Source of the DNA: Tagaea sp.
GTDB lineage: Bacteria; Pseudomonadota; Alphaproteobacteria; CACIAM-22H2
Assembly: GCA_965279525.1 (NCBI GenBank)
Contig: CBDIIB010000005.1
Coordinates: forward strand, 1,632,001 to 1,696,000
Direction of reading: 5' to 3'
Length of the DNA stretch: 64,000 nucleotides
The position numbers were made by a program, and so were the translations under genes. Below the pieces are notes generated by a model. That model was not told the DNA's origin. It ran no database searches and was given only the letters and a program-made list of their open reading frames with translations. Shown one piece after another: positions 10,706 through 21,026 of this stretch; position 1 is the first letter of the stretch, and each line of letters begins with the position of its first letter.

Positions 10706-11872
10706 ATGCCCGTCATCAACCGCGTCGCCGCCTTTCACGGGGACATGAAGGCGTGGCGGCAGGAGATCCACAGCTTTCCCGAGCTGTGCTTCGAGGAGAA
10801 CCGCACCGCCGACCTGGTCGCGGCACGACTTGCCTCGTTCGGGATCGAGATACATCGCGGCCTTGCCACGACGGGCGTGGTCGGCACGCTGCGCGCGGGC
10901 GCTTCCACGCGCGCGATCGGCCTGCGTGCCGACATGGATGGGCTGCCGATGGGCGAGGACAACGGCTTTTCATACAGATCGATCAACGCCGGGCGCATGC
11001 ATGCCTGCGGGCATGACGGCCACACCGCGATGCTGCTGGGGGCCGCGAAGTATCTCGCCGAGACGCGCAATTTCGACGGCACCGTCCATTTCATCTTCCA
11101 GCCCGCCGAAGAAGGCGGCGGTGGCGGCAAGGTGATGGTCGACGAGGGCCTGTTCGACAGGTTCCCGGTCGAGGCGGTCTACGGCATGCACAACTGGCCG
11201 GGCCTGGAAGCCGGCCGCTTCTCGGTGCGCCCGGGACCGATGATGGCCTCGGCCGACAAGTTCGACATCGTCGTGCGCGGCATGGGAACGCACGGCGCCA
11301 TGCCGCATCGCGGCGTCGATCCCGTCGTCTGCGCGGCCCAGATCGTCACCGCGCTCCAGACGATAGCCTCGCGCGAGACCAACCCGCTGGATGCCGTCGT
11401 CGTCAGCGTCACGCAGATCCATGCGGGCGAGGCCTACAACGTCATCCCGAACGAATGCGTGCTGCGCGGCACGATCCGCGCGTTCGAACCGAAGGTGCGC
11501 GAAGGCCTTCCCACCGCGATGCAGCGTATCGCCGGCGGCATCGCCAGTGCCATGGGCTGCGAGATGAAGCTGGACTACGATCACGGCTACCCGCCGCTGG
11601 TCAACAGTGCGGCCGAAGTCGAGCTTGCGGCAAAGGCGATGCGCGAGGTTGCCGGTGCGGACAGCGTGACGACCGACGGCATCATGACGATGGGCTCGGA
11701 GGATTTCGCCTTCATGCTCGAAGCGAAGCCCGGCGCCTATGTCTTCGTCGGAAATGGCGCGACTGCCTCGCTGCACAATCCGAAATACGATTTCAACGAC
11801 GACATCCTGCCGGTGGGCGCTTCCTATTGGGCCACGCTCGTCGAGCAGACGCTGGCACGCAAGGCGGCCTGA
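10706..11872 (+). CDS. M20 family amidohydrolase (Acy1/hippurate hydrolase-like)
   Basis: RADMD, MHACGHDGH, FQPAEE, GMHNWP, GSEDF, LHNP. Confidence 0.92.
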   Translation: MPVINRVAAFHGDMKAWRQEIHSFPELCFEENRTADLVAARLASFGIEIHRGLATTGVVGTLRAGASTRAIGLRADMDGLPMGEDNGFSYRSINAGRMHACGHDGHTAMLLGAAKYLAETRNFDGTVHFIFQPAEEGGGGGKVMVDEGLFDRFPVEAVYGMHNWPGLEAGRFSVRPGPMMASADKFDIVVRGMGTHGAMPHRGVDPVVCAAQIVTALQTIASRETNPLDAVVVSVTQIHAGEAYNVIPNECVLRGTIRAFEPKVREGLPTAMQRIAGGIASAMGCEMKLDYDHGYPPLVNSAAEVELAAKAMREVAGADSVTTDGIMTMGSEDFAFMLEAKPGAYVFVGNGATASLHNPKYDFNDDILPVGASYWATLVEQTLARKAA

Positions 11873-11875
11873 CGG

Positions 11876-12643
11876 TCAGGATTTCGCGCGCGGCCGCAGC
11901 ACGTGGCTGTGGTCGGCAGCGTAGAGCCGGCTGTCGCCCGCCGCGACATCGGTCGCGAGGCCCCGGCCCACGAGGATCAGCGCCGTCCGCGTCAGGCCCA
12001 GTTCCTTCACCTTGTCGCGGATGTCGCCAAGCGTGCCATGGAGGAACGTCTCGTCGGGCCAGCTGACGCGCCAGCCGATCGCGACCGGGCAGTCGGCGCC
12101 GTAGATCGGCGAAAGCTCGCGCACGACCTTGGCGAGATTTGCGATCGACAGGTGGATGGCGAGCGTGGCCCCCGATTGCGCGAACGTGGCCAGTTCCTCG
12201 CCCGGCGGCATCGCCGAGGCGCGCGTGGCCGTGCGCGTGAGCACCACGCTCTGCACCACGCCCGGCAGCGTGAGTTCGCGCTTCATCGCCGCCGCCATCG
12301 CGGCATAGGCGGGCACGCCGGGGACGATCTCGTAGGGGATGGCGAGCGCATCGAGCCGGCGCATCTGTTCGGCGATGGCGCCGTAGAGCGACGGATCGCC
12401 CGAATGCACGCGCGCGACGTTCCAGCCCTTGGCATGGGCCGCTTCCATGCGCGCCATGATGGCGTCGAGATCCATCGACGCGGTGTCGACCGCCTCGACC
12501 CCGTCGCGCCGTGCCGCGACGACCTCGGCGGGGACGAGCGAGCCCGCATAGAGCACGAGGTCGGCCGCCGCGATGATCTTCAGGCCGCGAACGGTGATGA
12601 GGTCGGGCGCACCCGGACCCGCACCGACGAAATGGACGGTCAT
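11876..12643 (-). CDS. cobM: Precorrin-4 C11-methyltransferase
   Basis: VHFVGAGPGAPDLITVRG, LYAGSLV, RVHSGDPSLYGAIAEQ, VSWPDE; ATGA overlap with cobJ. Confidence 0.95.
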   Translation of the reverse strand: MTVHFVGAGPGAPDLITVRGLKIIAAADLVLYAGSLVPAEVVAARRDGVEAVDTASMDLDAIMARMEAAHAKGWNVARVHSGDPSLYGAIAEQMRRLDALAIPYEIVPGVPAYAAMAAAMKRELTLPGVVQSVVLTRTATRASAMPPGEELATFAQSGATLAIHLSIANLAKVVRELSPIYGADCPVAIGWRVSWPDETFLHGTLGDIRDKVKELGLTRTALILVGRGLATDVAAGDSRLYAADHSHVLRPRAKS

Positions 12644-14406
12644 GCCGGCTCCTTGCGTTCGTAGCCGCGCGGCGTGTAGAGGCGGGATCCGCCGGCGAGA
12701 TCGAGCCGGCGCGTGGCCGTGCTGCCGACCAGCACCAGCGTGAGCATGTCGACGGAGCCGACCCAGTCGTCGGCAAGGCGATGGATCGCGACGGCTTCGC
12801 CGTCGCGCCCCAGGTTGCGGGCCAGTGCGACCGGCGTTTCGGGGCCGCGCGCGGCCAGCAGGATCTCGCGTGCGCGCGGCAGCAATGTTCGCCGGCGCAG
12901 CGAGGCCGGATTGTAGAACGCGACGACGAAATCGCCGGCGGCCGCCGCCTGCAGGCGCCGTTCGATGTCGGCGACCGGCGTGAGCAGGTCGGAAAGCGAG
13001 ATCGCGCAGAAATCGTGGCCGAGCGGGGCGCCCAGCCTGGCGGCGGCGGCCTGCAGGGCCGATATGCCCGGGCAAACACGCACGGCGATCCGCCGCCAGG
13101 CCGGATCGCCCTTGTCCATCCGCTCGAAGGCGAGGGTGGCCAGCGCGTAGATGCCTGCATCGCCCGAGCAGACGAGTGCCACGCGCATTCCTTCGGCCGC
13201 CAGTGCCAGGGCCCGCTCGACCCGGCCGGTCTCGTCGCCAAGCCCGGTCTCGTGGCGCGGTTTGCCGGCGATCAACCCGTCGACGAGATCCAGATAGAGC
13301 CCGTAGCCGACGACCGCCTCGGCGGCGCGCAGGGCATCGCTCGCCTCGGGCGTGCGCCAGCCATCGGCACCGGGACCGATGCCGACGATGTCGAGATGGC
13401 CGCGCGCACGTCCCGTCGCCGACGCGTCGATGGGGGCAGGGGCAAGTGCCACCGCACAGGTCGCGCGTGCCGACTTGCGTTTGGCCACGACAAGCTTCCC
13501 GGCGGGTCCGGATGCGGCAAGGGCGGCGGCCTCGGCCACCGACGGCGTGCCGACGGTGGCGCGCACATATTCGGAAGCCTGCGAGACGCGCGGTTCTTCC
13601 TTCGCCAATGTCGCCGCATCGAAGAAACGTGCGGGCACGCCCAGCGTGTCCGCGAGTTGCAAGATGGCGCCCTCGTCGGATTTCAGATCGATCGAAACGA
13701 CGCAAGCGACCGCACTGGATGACAGGCCCGAATCCGCCAGCGCCGAACGTGCAAGCGCTTCGACCTCGGCGGCATCCACGCCGCGTTCGGCGCCGATGCC
13801 GACGGCGAGGACCGGTGGATGGTAGACGAGCCGGTCGTCGGCCCCTTCGTCGGCTTTCTCTGTGATGCGGATGATGCGCGCGGCGGTTTCGTCCTGCTTC
13901 AGTGACGAAAGCCACGATGCGTCGCCGTCGATGCGAACCGCTTCGCCGGCGATCAGTGCGGCGGCAAACGGCTTGATCGCGTCCGGGTTGGCGATCCGCC
14001 AGCCTGGCGGCGGCTCGTCGAGCGACACGCCGAGGCGGGCGTCGCCCGCCGTCGTGATTGCGGCGACGGCGCCGAGTGCTGCGGCAATCTCGCGGGCCAG
14101 CGCATTGGCACCGCGATGTCCACCCAGCAGCGGCACGACATGCGATCCGTCGCCCGACACGGCGATGACCGGCGGCTCGCGCGTCTTGTCGGCCAGCAGC
14201 GGCGCCACCGCACGGATCAGGATGCCGGCGGCACAGAAGCCCACGATCGGTCGCCCGGCAGCGAACAGGGCGGCGACATGCGCGGTCGCGTCGCCGAACG
14301 AAACATCCGCACCCGTCACGCGACCGGCAAGCCCGTGCAGTTCGCCCGGGATACGGCGCGCAAGCGCCGCGCCGTCGGCGGTAAGGCACACGAGGGCCGG
14401 GATCAT
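12640..14406 (-). CDS. cobJ: CbiG-CobJ/CbiH fusion (cobalt-precorrin-5A hydrolase + precorrin-3B C17-methyltransferase)
   Basis: N-terminal CbiG (GILIR, PLLGGHRGAN, ITTA, SIDLKSDE, SVAEAAAL); C-terminal methyltransferase (VGIGPG, SGDAGIYA, GAPLGHDFCAISLSDLLTP, YNPAS, VDMLT, TPRGY). Confidence 0.92.
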   Translation of the reverse strand: MIPALVCLTADGAALARRIPGELHGLAGRVTGADVSFGDATAHVAALFAAGRPIVGFCAAGILIRAVAPLLADKTREPPVIAVSGDGSHVVPLLGGHRGANALAREIAAALGAVAAITTAGDARLGVSLDEPPPGWRIANPDAIKPFAAALIAGEAVRIDGDASWLSSLKQDETAARIIRITEKADEGADDRLVYHPPVLAVGIGAERGVDAAEVEALARSALADSGLSSSAVACVVSIDLKSDEGAILQLADTLGVPARFFDAATLAKEEPRVSQASEYVRATVGTPSVAEAAALAASGPAGKLVVAKRKSARATCAVALAPAPIDASATGRARGHLDIVGIGPGADGWRTPEASDALRAAEAVVGYGLYLDLVDGLIAGKPRHETGLGDETGRVERALALAAEGMRVALVCSGDAGIYALATLAFERMDKGDPAWRRIAVRVCPGISALQAAAARLGAPLGHDFCAISLSDLLTPVADIERRLQAAAAGDFVVAFYNPASLRRRTLLPRAREILLAARGPETPVALARNLGRDGEAVAIHRLADDWVGSVDMLTLVLVGSTATRRLDLAGGSRLYTPRGYERKEPA

Positions 14407-15107
14407 CGCCAAGCCGCCTTGCGCCGGTGGACAAGCACCAGCGAGAAATAGGGCGCCGTGTCTGAAGTCGCGTCGAATAGCGCCAGCCGCCGTTCGCCGT
14501 CCATCCCCGCGCGCTCGACATAGGTCGCGCCGTCGGCGAGTCCGAGCCGGGCAAGCAGCGCGCGCAGCCGCCCGAAATGCCGGCCCAGTTTCAGGAACAC
14601 CAGCGAATCGTGGCCCGCGATGCGCCGCTCGATCTCGTCGTCCTCAAGCGTGGCCGGCACGACGGCGACACTGTCCTCGCGTGCGGCGATCGCATGGCCG
14701 GCGAGGGCGGCCGAAGCCGCAAAGGACGTGACGCCGGGGATCACGCGGCAGTCGAAGCGTTCGGCAAGGCGCGCATGCAGATACATGTACGAGCCGTAGA
14801 ACAGCGGATCGCCGAGGCACAGCAGCGCCACGTCGCGCCCGGCTTCCAGATGTCCGGCGATGGCGGCGGCACCGGAATCGTAGGCGTCCTGTGCGGGATG
14901 GCGCGCGATCTCGATGGGCAGGCGGACCGGGCACTCGATCTTGCCCGGCGGGATGTGGGGGGCAGCGATCGAGCGCGCGAGGGACGTACCGACCTCCGGT
15001 GCCGGATAGGCGATCACGGCGCACGCGGCGATGGCGCGCACCGCCTTGATCGTCAGCAGGTCAGGATCGCCCGGGCCGACGCCGATGCCGTAGAGCGTGC
15101 CGGTCAT
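14403..15107 (-). CDS. cobI: Precorrin-2 C20-methyltransferase
   Basis: LYGIGVGPGDPDLLTIKA, GDPLFYGS, IPGVTS, APYFSL. Confidence 0.93.
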   Translation of the reverse strand: MTGTLYGIGVGPGDPDLLTIKAVRAIAACAVIAYPAPEVGTSLARSIAAPHIPPGKIECPVRLPIEIARHPAQDAYDSGAAAIAGHLEAGRDVALLCLGDPLFYGSYMYLHARLAERFDCRVIPGVTSFAASAALAGHAIAAREDSVAVVPATLEDDEIERRIAGHDSLVFLKLGRHFGRLRALLARLGLADGATYVERAGMDGERRLALFDATSDTAPYFSLVLVHRRKAAWR

Positions 15108-16309
15108 GGCTTGCGCACCGCAAGCTGCGTGACCGGCATCGCCGCGCGCCAGCCGTGATGCGGGCCGACCGGCTCGGCATGCGAGACGGCAAGCCGCGTC
15201 ATTTCCCCGCCGTGCCTGGCGTACCAGCCTGCGAGCACGGATTCGCTCTCCAGCGTCACCGCGTTGGCGACGAGCGTGCCGCCGGGCTTGAGGGCTTCCC
15301 AGCAGCGTTCGATCAGGCCGGACACCGAGGCGCCGCCGCCGACGAACACCGCGTCGGGCGCTTCAAGGCCGTCGAGGGCGGCGGGAGCTTCGCCCGCGAC
15401 GATCTGCAGGTCCGGCACGCCGAGAGATTCGGCGTTTCGCGCGATGCGCGCAAGCCTGGCGCCGTCGCGCTCGACGGCGATGGCGCGCATGCCGGGCGCG
15501 CTGCGCAGCCACTCGATGGCGATCGAACCGTTGCCGGCCCCGACGTCCCACAGCAATTGGCCGGGCAGCGGGGCAAGGGCGGCAAGCGTGGCCGCGCGCA
15601 CGGCGCGCTTGGTGAGCTGCCCGTCGTGCTCGAAGCAGTCGTCGGGCAGGCCGGCAAGGCGCGGCAGCGGGCGGGCCCCCGGACCGGCCACGCACGCGAT
15701 GGCAAGGATGTTGAGGTCGTCGAGATTTGCGTGCGACCAATCTTCTGCTTGACCGACCAAGGCCCGCTCGGCCGGACCGCCCATGCGCTCGAACGCGTGC
15801 AGGCGCGAGCTACCGAAGCCGCGCGCGCTCAGAAACGACGCGACGGACGCGGGCGTCGTGCCGTCGTGCGTCAACGCGATCAGCCGGGCGCCATCGGCCA
15901 GATGCAGGGCGAGGGCTGCGAGCGGGCGGCCGTGCAGCGACAGCGTCGTGCAGTCGGCAAGCGGCCATGCGAGGCGCGAAGCGGCGAGCGCGAACGACGA
16001 GACATGTGGAAACACCGCCATCTCCCCGGCCGGAAAGCGGCGCGCGAGCGTGGCACCGGCCCCGAACCACATCGGATCGCCCGAGACGAGCACGACGACG
16101 CGCCTGCCGCACCGGGCCGCGATGGTGTCGAGCGTTGCGCCAAGCGGGCTTTGCCAGACGATCCGTTCGGCCGAAGTCGAAGGCACGAATGCCAGATGGC
16201 GCTTGCCGCCGACCAGCACTTCAGCGGCATCGAGTGCTGCGCGCGCGGCCGGCGACAGGCCGACGAGCCCGTCCTCGCCGATGCCGACGACATGGAGCCA
16301 CACGCTCAT
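15104..16309 (-). CDS. cobL: Precorrin-6Y C5,15-methyltransferase (decarboxylating), CbiE-CbiT fusion
   Basis: [52 protein letters not shown]. Confidence 0.93.
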   Translation of the reverse strand: MSVWLHVVGIGEDGLVGLSPAARAALDAAEVLVGGKRHLAFVPSTSAERIVWQSPLGATLDTIAARCGRRVVVLVSGDPMWFGAGATLARRFPAGEMAVFPHVSSFALAASRLAWPLADCTTLSLHGRPLAALALHLADGARLIALTHDGTTPASVASFLSARGFGSSRLHAFERMGGPAERALVGQAEDWSHANLDDLNILAIACVAGPGARPLPRLAGLPDDCFEHDGQLTKRAVRAATLAALAPLPGQLLWDVGAGNGSIAIEWLRSAPGMRAIAVERDGARLARIARNAESLGVPDLQIVAGEAPAALDGLEAPDAVFVGGGASVSGLIERCWEALKPGGTLVANAVTLESESVLAGWYARHGGEMTRLAVSHAEPVGPHHGWRAAMPVTQLAVRKP

Positions 16310-16947
16310 GCGCCGGCACCTTCCTCGGGATTGCCGGCAAGCGCGTTGATCGCTGCGGCGGCCATGGCACTGCCGCCGCGCCGGCCGGGCAACGTGGCGA
16401 AGGCGAGGTCGCGCGGATTCTCGACCAGCGCTTGCTTGGATTCGACTGCGCCGACGAAGCCGACCGGGAACGCGAACAGGGCCGCGGGACGCGGCCCGCC
16501 GATATCGACATTCTCGAGCAGGCGAAACAGCGCCGTCGGCGCGTTGCCGATCGCCACCACGGCACCGGCGAGGCGCGGTCCCCAAAGGTCGACTGCGGCG
16601 GCCGAACGCGTCGAGCGCAGTTCGGCGGCGCGCACGATGGCTTCTGGCGTGTCGACGAGACAGACGATCTCGTTATCCGCCGGCAGGTACCGGCGCTGGA
16701 TGCCGTGCGCCACCATCGCGCCGTCGCACAGGATCGGCGCGCCGGCGGCAAGCGCGGCGCGCGCCCTGAATACTACGTCGGTGCTGGCAACAAGAGATTC
16801 GGCGACGTCTTCCATGCCGCAGGCATGCGCCACGCGCAGTGCCACCGCCGCGATGTCGGGCGCGAAGCGGTCGAGCTTCGCCTCCGCCCGGATCGTCGCG
16901 AAGGAGCGCCGGTAGATTTCGGCCGGATCGCGCAGATAGTCGATCAT
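16306..16947 (-). CDS. cobH: Precorrin-8X methylmutase
   Basis: [43 protein letters not shown]. Confidence 0.95.
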   Translation of the reverse strand: MIDYLRDPAEIYRRSFATIRAEAKLDRFAPDIAAVALRVAHACGMEDVAESLVASTDVVFRARAALAAGAPILCDGAMVAHGIQRRYLPADNEIVCLVDTPEAIVRAAELRSTRSAAAVDLWGPRLAGAVVAIGNAPTALFRLLENVDIGGPRPAALFAFPVGFVGAVESKQALVENPRDLAFATLPGRRGGSAMAAAAINALAGNPEEGAGA

Positions 16948-16950
16948 CGC

Positions 16951-17919
16951 CTAGCGGTGCTTGTGCGGATGCGCATGGTCGTGGCCGTGGTGATGGCCAT
17001 GATCATGCCCGTTTCCATGATCGTGCGAATGGCCATGTTCGCCGTCGGTGCCGATGCCGCGCACATGCAGGTGATGGCCGGCCTGTACGGCACCCACCTC
17101 GGCCTCGTAGCCGACGATCTGCGTGCGGTACTTGCAGACCATGCAGTTCATCGCGGTCTGGCCCGTGTCGATCTCGGCCAGCCGATCGAGAAACGCCTCG
17201 ACGACATTGCCGTGCGCGTTGAGGTAGGCGGCCTTGAGGAACTCGACGTCCGGGTTGAGGGCGGCGATCTCGTCGGTGTGGTCGTAGATGCGCTTCACGA
17301 GAATGCCGTTGAACAGGAAATAGGGGAACACGATCACGCGCCGGAAGCCCATCCGCACGGCGCGCGCCAGACAGTCGTTCGTGCGCGGATGCGCCACGCC
17401 CGAATAGGCGACGGTCGCCCAGCCGAAGCCCATGCCTTCCCATAGCATGCGCGCGACCTTGGCGACGTTCGAGTTGGCATCCGGGTCGTTGGTGCCGCGG
17501 CCGACGACGACGAGCAGCGTGTCCTCGCGGGTCGCGGTGCGCTTCGCCCGCCGCTCGGCCGTCTCGATGCGCTGCTTGGCAGCTTCGATAAGCTTGAGGT
17601 CGACGGCAAGATCGCGGCCGAACTCGACCTTGATGCCGGGGTTCTCGGCCGCCCACGTGTTCAGTTCCCACGGCAGGTCGTTCTTGACGTGGCCGGCGGC
17701 GAACAGCATCGCCGGCAATGCAAGAATTCTCGTGGCCCCTTTGGCCTTCAGCGCGTCGAGCCCTTCGCGGATCATCGGCCGCGCGAATTCGAGAAAGCCC
17801 GAGCCGACCTCGCGTCCCGGCAGGCGGGTGCGCAAGGCCGCCACCATCGCGTCGAATTCGCGCACGGCATCAAGGTCCCGGCTGCCATGGCCGCAGATCA
17901 TCACGGCGGGGTCGTTCAT
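16951..17919 (-). CDS. cbiX: Long-form sirohydrochlorin chelatase CbiX with MxCxxC motif and His-rich tail
   Basis: GHGSR, FLEF, AAGHVKND, second CbiX domain (GRGTNDPDAN, PYFLF), MNCMVCKYR, C-terminal poly-His. Confidence 0.92.
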   Translation of the reverse strand: MNDPAVMICGHGSRDLDAVREFDAMVAALRTRLPGREVGSGFLEFARPMIREGLDALKAKGATRILALPAMLFAAGHVKNDLPWELNTWAAENPGIKVEFGRDLAVDLKLIEAAKQRIETAERRAKRTATREDTLLVVVGRGTNDPDANSNVAKVARMLWEGMGFGWATVAYSGVAHPRTNDCLARAVRMGFRRVIVFPYFLFNGILVKRIYDHTDEIAALNPDVEFLKAAYLNAHGNVVEAFLDRLAEIDTGQTAMNCMVCKYRTQIVGYEAEVGAVQAGHHLHVRGIGTDGEHGHSHDHGNGHDHGHHHGHDHAHPHKHR

Positions 17920-17972
17920 CGTCCACTCCTCATGCGTTGACCAAATATACGCCGCGCGTCACTCTCGCGGGC

Positions 17973-18974
17973 ATGTCGATTTTTCCAGCCCCGCCCGCCG
18001 TCGAACCGCTGCTCGTTCTGCTGGCGGCCCTGGTCCTCGACGCCGTGTTCGGCGAGATGCGCCCCGTGTTCGGGCGCATCGGCCATCCGGTGCAGTGGCT
18101 GGGGAAGTTGGTGGGGGCGCTGGAAACGCGCCTCAACCGCCCGCAGCGCAGTGCGGCGGCCAGGCGCGCGCGTGGTGCTTTGACCGTCGTGCTGGTGGCG
18201 GGGATCGCGGGTGCGGCCGGCTGGGCGATCGTTTCCTTCGCGCGCACGCGCTGGTGGGGCTGGATGCTGGAAGCGTTCGTCGCGTCGATCCTGATCGCGC
18301 AGCGTTCCCTCTACGCACATGTCGCGGCGGTTGCCGATGCGATGGGCAAAGAAGGCCTTGCCGGCGGACGTCGTGCCGTCGCGATGATCGTCGGCCGCGA
18401 TCCGGAAAGCCTCGACGAGCATGGCGTGGTGCGTGCGGCGATCGAGTCGCTTGCCGAGAATTTTTCCGATGCGGTCGTGGCACCGGTCTTCTGGTTCGCG
18501 CTTTTCGGACTGCCGGGGCTTTTCGTCGCGAAGGCCGTCAACACGCTCGACTCGATGATCGCGCACCGCAACGAACGCTATCTCGATTTCGGCCGCTTCG
18601 CCGCGCGGCTCGACACGGCGATGAATTTCGTGCCTGCCCGCCTCAGCGCGCTGATCGTGACGCTCGCCGCGTTCGTTGCTCCGGGTGCGCGGCCGGTCGC
18701 GGCACTTCGCATCGCGTTCAAGGACGCGCGCAAGCACCGCTCGGTCAATGCGGGCTGGCCCGAAGGCGCTTTCGCAGGTGCCCTCGATCTTGCGATCGCC
18801 GGACCCCGGCGCTACGGCAGCGAGCTTGTCGACGATCCGTGGATCGGCAGCGGCCGGGCGCGCGCCAACATCGCCGACCTGCGCCGTGCGCTGTGGTTGT
18901 TTGCGGCCGCCTGCCTCGTCCAGGCGGGCCTGGTCGCGGCGATGGCTGTCGGCCGGTTGATGCTGCAGCTCTAG
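17973..18974 (+). CDS. cbiB: Adenosylcobinamide-phosphate synthase CbiB/CobD
   Basis: [40 protein letters not shown]. Confidence 0.93.
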   Translation: MSIFPAPPAVEPLLVLLAALVLDAVFGEMRPVFGRIGHPVQWLGKLVGALETRLNRPQRSAAARRARGALTVVLVAGIAGAAGWAIVSFARTRWWGWMLEAFVASILIAQRSLYAHVAAVADAMGKEGLAGGRRAVAMIVGRDPESLDEHGVVRAAIESLAENFSDAVVAPVFWFALFGLPGLFVAKAVNTLDSMIAHRNERYLDFGRFAARLDTAMNFVPARLSALIVTLAAFVAPGARPVAALRIAFKDARKHRSVNAGWPEGAFAGALDLAIAGPRRYGSELVDDPWIGSGRARANIADLRRALWLFAAACLVQAGLVAAMAVGRLMLQL

Positions 18975-20425
18975 ACGCATCGCGCCAGCCCCAGCAGCCG
19001 GTCGAGATCGATCGCGGCGCCTATGTGTTCAGCCAGTCGATCGAGCGTGCCTTCGATCTGTGCTTCGTAGGCGATCCCGGGTCCGCGTCCGGCGCGCAAG
19101 GTTCCCAGCCAGTGCGCGCGGTATGTATCTGACGCGAACAGGCCGTGGATATAGCTGCCGGTCACGCGGCCGTCGGACGCGCCTTCCGGCACGCCGTCAA
19201 GCGACAGCAGAGACGTAGCGGTCCCGGTCGTGCGGCCCACGTGGATCTCGTAGCCGTGCACGATGCAGCCCGAGCGGGCGTCCGTCGCCTTTACTTCGCG
19301 CAGCGTCTTTTCGGGGGCGAGCACGGTGTCGATGGCAAGAAGGCCCAGGCCGGCGACCGTGGCGGCCGGCCCTTCGATCCCGCCGGGATCGGCGATCGTT
19401 CGCCCCAGCATCTGATAGCCGCCGCACAGGCCGACGACGGCACCGCCGCGCCGCACATGCGCGGCGATGTCGATGTCCCAGCCCTGCGCGCGCAGGAACG
19501 CGAGATCGGCGATCGTCGCCTTGGAGCCCGGCAGCAGCACCGCGTCGCAGTCGCCCGGCAGCGCTTCGCCCGGTTCGAGCAGGGCAAGGTCGACATCCGG
19601 CTCGCCAGCCAGCGGATCGAGATCGTCGGTATTGGCGATACAGGGCAGGCGCGGCACGCGGATCCTGATGGCGCCGGTGCCGCCTGCATAGCGGCTTGCC
19701 AGCGAAGCGCCGTCTTCGGCCGGCAGCAGGCGCGCGTCGGCGAACCACGGCACGACGCCAAGGCAAGGAATGCGCGCGTGTTCCTCGATCGCGCGCCGCC
19801 CACCGTCGAAGAGTGCCAAGTCGCCGCGGAACTTGTTGACGATGCAGCCCATGACCAGCTTGCGCTCGTCGGCCGCCAGCAGCGCCATCGTGCCGGCAAA
19901 CGACGCGATCACGCCGCCGCGGTCGATATCGCCGACCAGCACGACCGGCACGTTCGCGGCCGACGCGAATCCCATGTTCGCGATGTCGCCTTCACGCAAA
20001 TTGATCTCGGCGGGCGAGCCGGCTCCTTCGACGAGCACGAGGTCGGCATCGGCGGCCAATCGGCCGAAGCTTTCGAGCACGCGCCCCATCAGTTGCGGCT
20101 TCAGCGCGTGGTAGTCGGCTGCTCGTGCAGTGCTGAACATGCGCCCCTGTACAATGACCTGCGCGCCGGTTTCCGACTGCGGCTTCAGCAGCACGGGGTT
20201 CATGTCCGCGGTGGCGGCGATGCGCGCGGCACGCGCCTGCAGGGCCTGCGCGCGCCCGATCTCGCCGCCGTCGGCGGTGACGGCGGCGTTGTTCGACATG
20301 TTCTGCGGCTTGAACGGACGCACGGAAAGGCCGCGATTCGCGAAGGCGCGCGCGAGCCCTGCGACGATCAGCGACTTGCCGACGTCCGACCCCGTCCCCT
20401 GGAACATGAGTGCGCGCGCCGCCAT
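18971..20425 (-). CDS. cobQ: Cobyric acid synthase
   Basis: [57 protein letters not shown]. Confidence 0.95.
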   Translation of the reverse strand: MAARALMFQGTGSDVGKSLIVAGLARAFANRGLSVRPFKPQNMSNNAAVTADGGEIGRAQALQARAARIAATADMNPVLLKPQSETGAQVIVQGRMFSTARAADYHALKPQLMGRVLESFGRLAADADLVLVEGAGSPAEINLREGDIANMGFASAANVPVVLVGDIDRGGVIASFAGTMALLAADERKLVMGCIVNKFRGDLALFDGGRRAIEEHARIPCLGVVPWFADARLLPAEDGASLASRYAGGTGAIRIRVPRLPCIANTDDLDPLAGEPDVDLALLEPGEALPGDCDAVLLPGSKATIADLAFLRAQGWDIDIAAHVRRGGAVVGLCGGYQMLGRTIADPGGIEGPAATVAGLGLLAIDTVLAPEKTLREVKATDARSGCIVHGYEIHVGRTTGTATSLLSLDGVPEGASDGRVTGSYIHGLFASDTYRAHWLGTLRAGRGPGIAYEAQIEGTLDRLAEHIGAAIDLDRLLGLARCV

Positions 20426-20429
20426 CTTT

Positions 20430-21026
20430 CTAGAACTCGACCCCCGCCTGCGCCTTGATGCCGTCGCGGAACGGGTGCTTGACCATCGTCATCTCGGTCA
20501 CGAGATCGGCCGCGTCGATCAGCCCCTGCGGCGCGTTGCGCCCCGTGACCACGCAATGCTGCATGGGCGGGCGGGCCGCGATCGTCTCGAGGATCGGCTC
20601 GAGCGGGAAGTAGCCGTTGCGCAGCGCGATGTTGAGTTCGTCCAGCACGACCATGCTCAGGCTTGCGTCGGCGAGCATGCGTTTGGATTCGGTCCAGGCG
20701 CGCTCGGCGGCGGCGATGTCGCGCGCCTTGTCCTGCGTTTCCCACGTGAAGCCTTCGCCCAGCGTCTGGATCTCGCACAGCTCTGGAAACTTCTTGAGCA
20801 GGCGGGCCTCGCCGGTGTCCCACGCCCCCTTCACGTACTGCACGATGCCGACCTTCATTCCGTGGCCAAGGCAGCGCATCACCATGCCGAAGGCGGAGGA
20901 CGATTTGCCCTTGCCCTTGCCGGTATGGACGATCAGCAGGCCTTTCTCGCCGGATTTTTCCGCCATCATGCGGTCGCGGGCTTCCTTGATGCGGCGCATC
21001 TTGGCGGCGTGGATGTCGTCGGTCAT
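20430..21026 (-). CDS. cobO: Cob(I)yrinic acid a,c-diamide adenosyltransferase
   Basis: [37 protein letters not shown]. Confidence 0.95.
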   Translation of the reverse strand: MTDDIHAAKMRRIKEARDRMMAEKSGEKGLLIVHTGKGKGKSSSAFGMVMRCLGHGMKVGIVQYVKGAWDTGEARLLKKFPELCEIQTLGEGFTWETQDKARDIAAAERAWTESKRMLADASLSMVVLDELNIALRNGYFPLEPILETIAARPPMQHCVVTGRNAPQGLIDAADLVTEMTMVKHPFRDGIKAQAGVEF

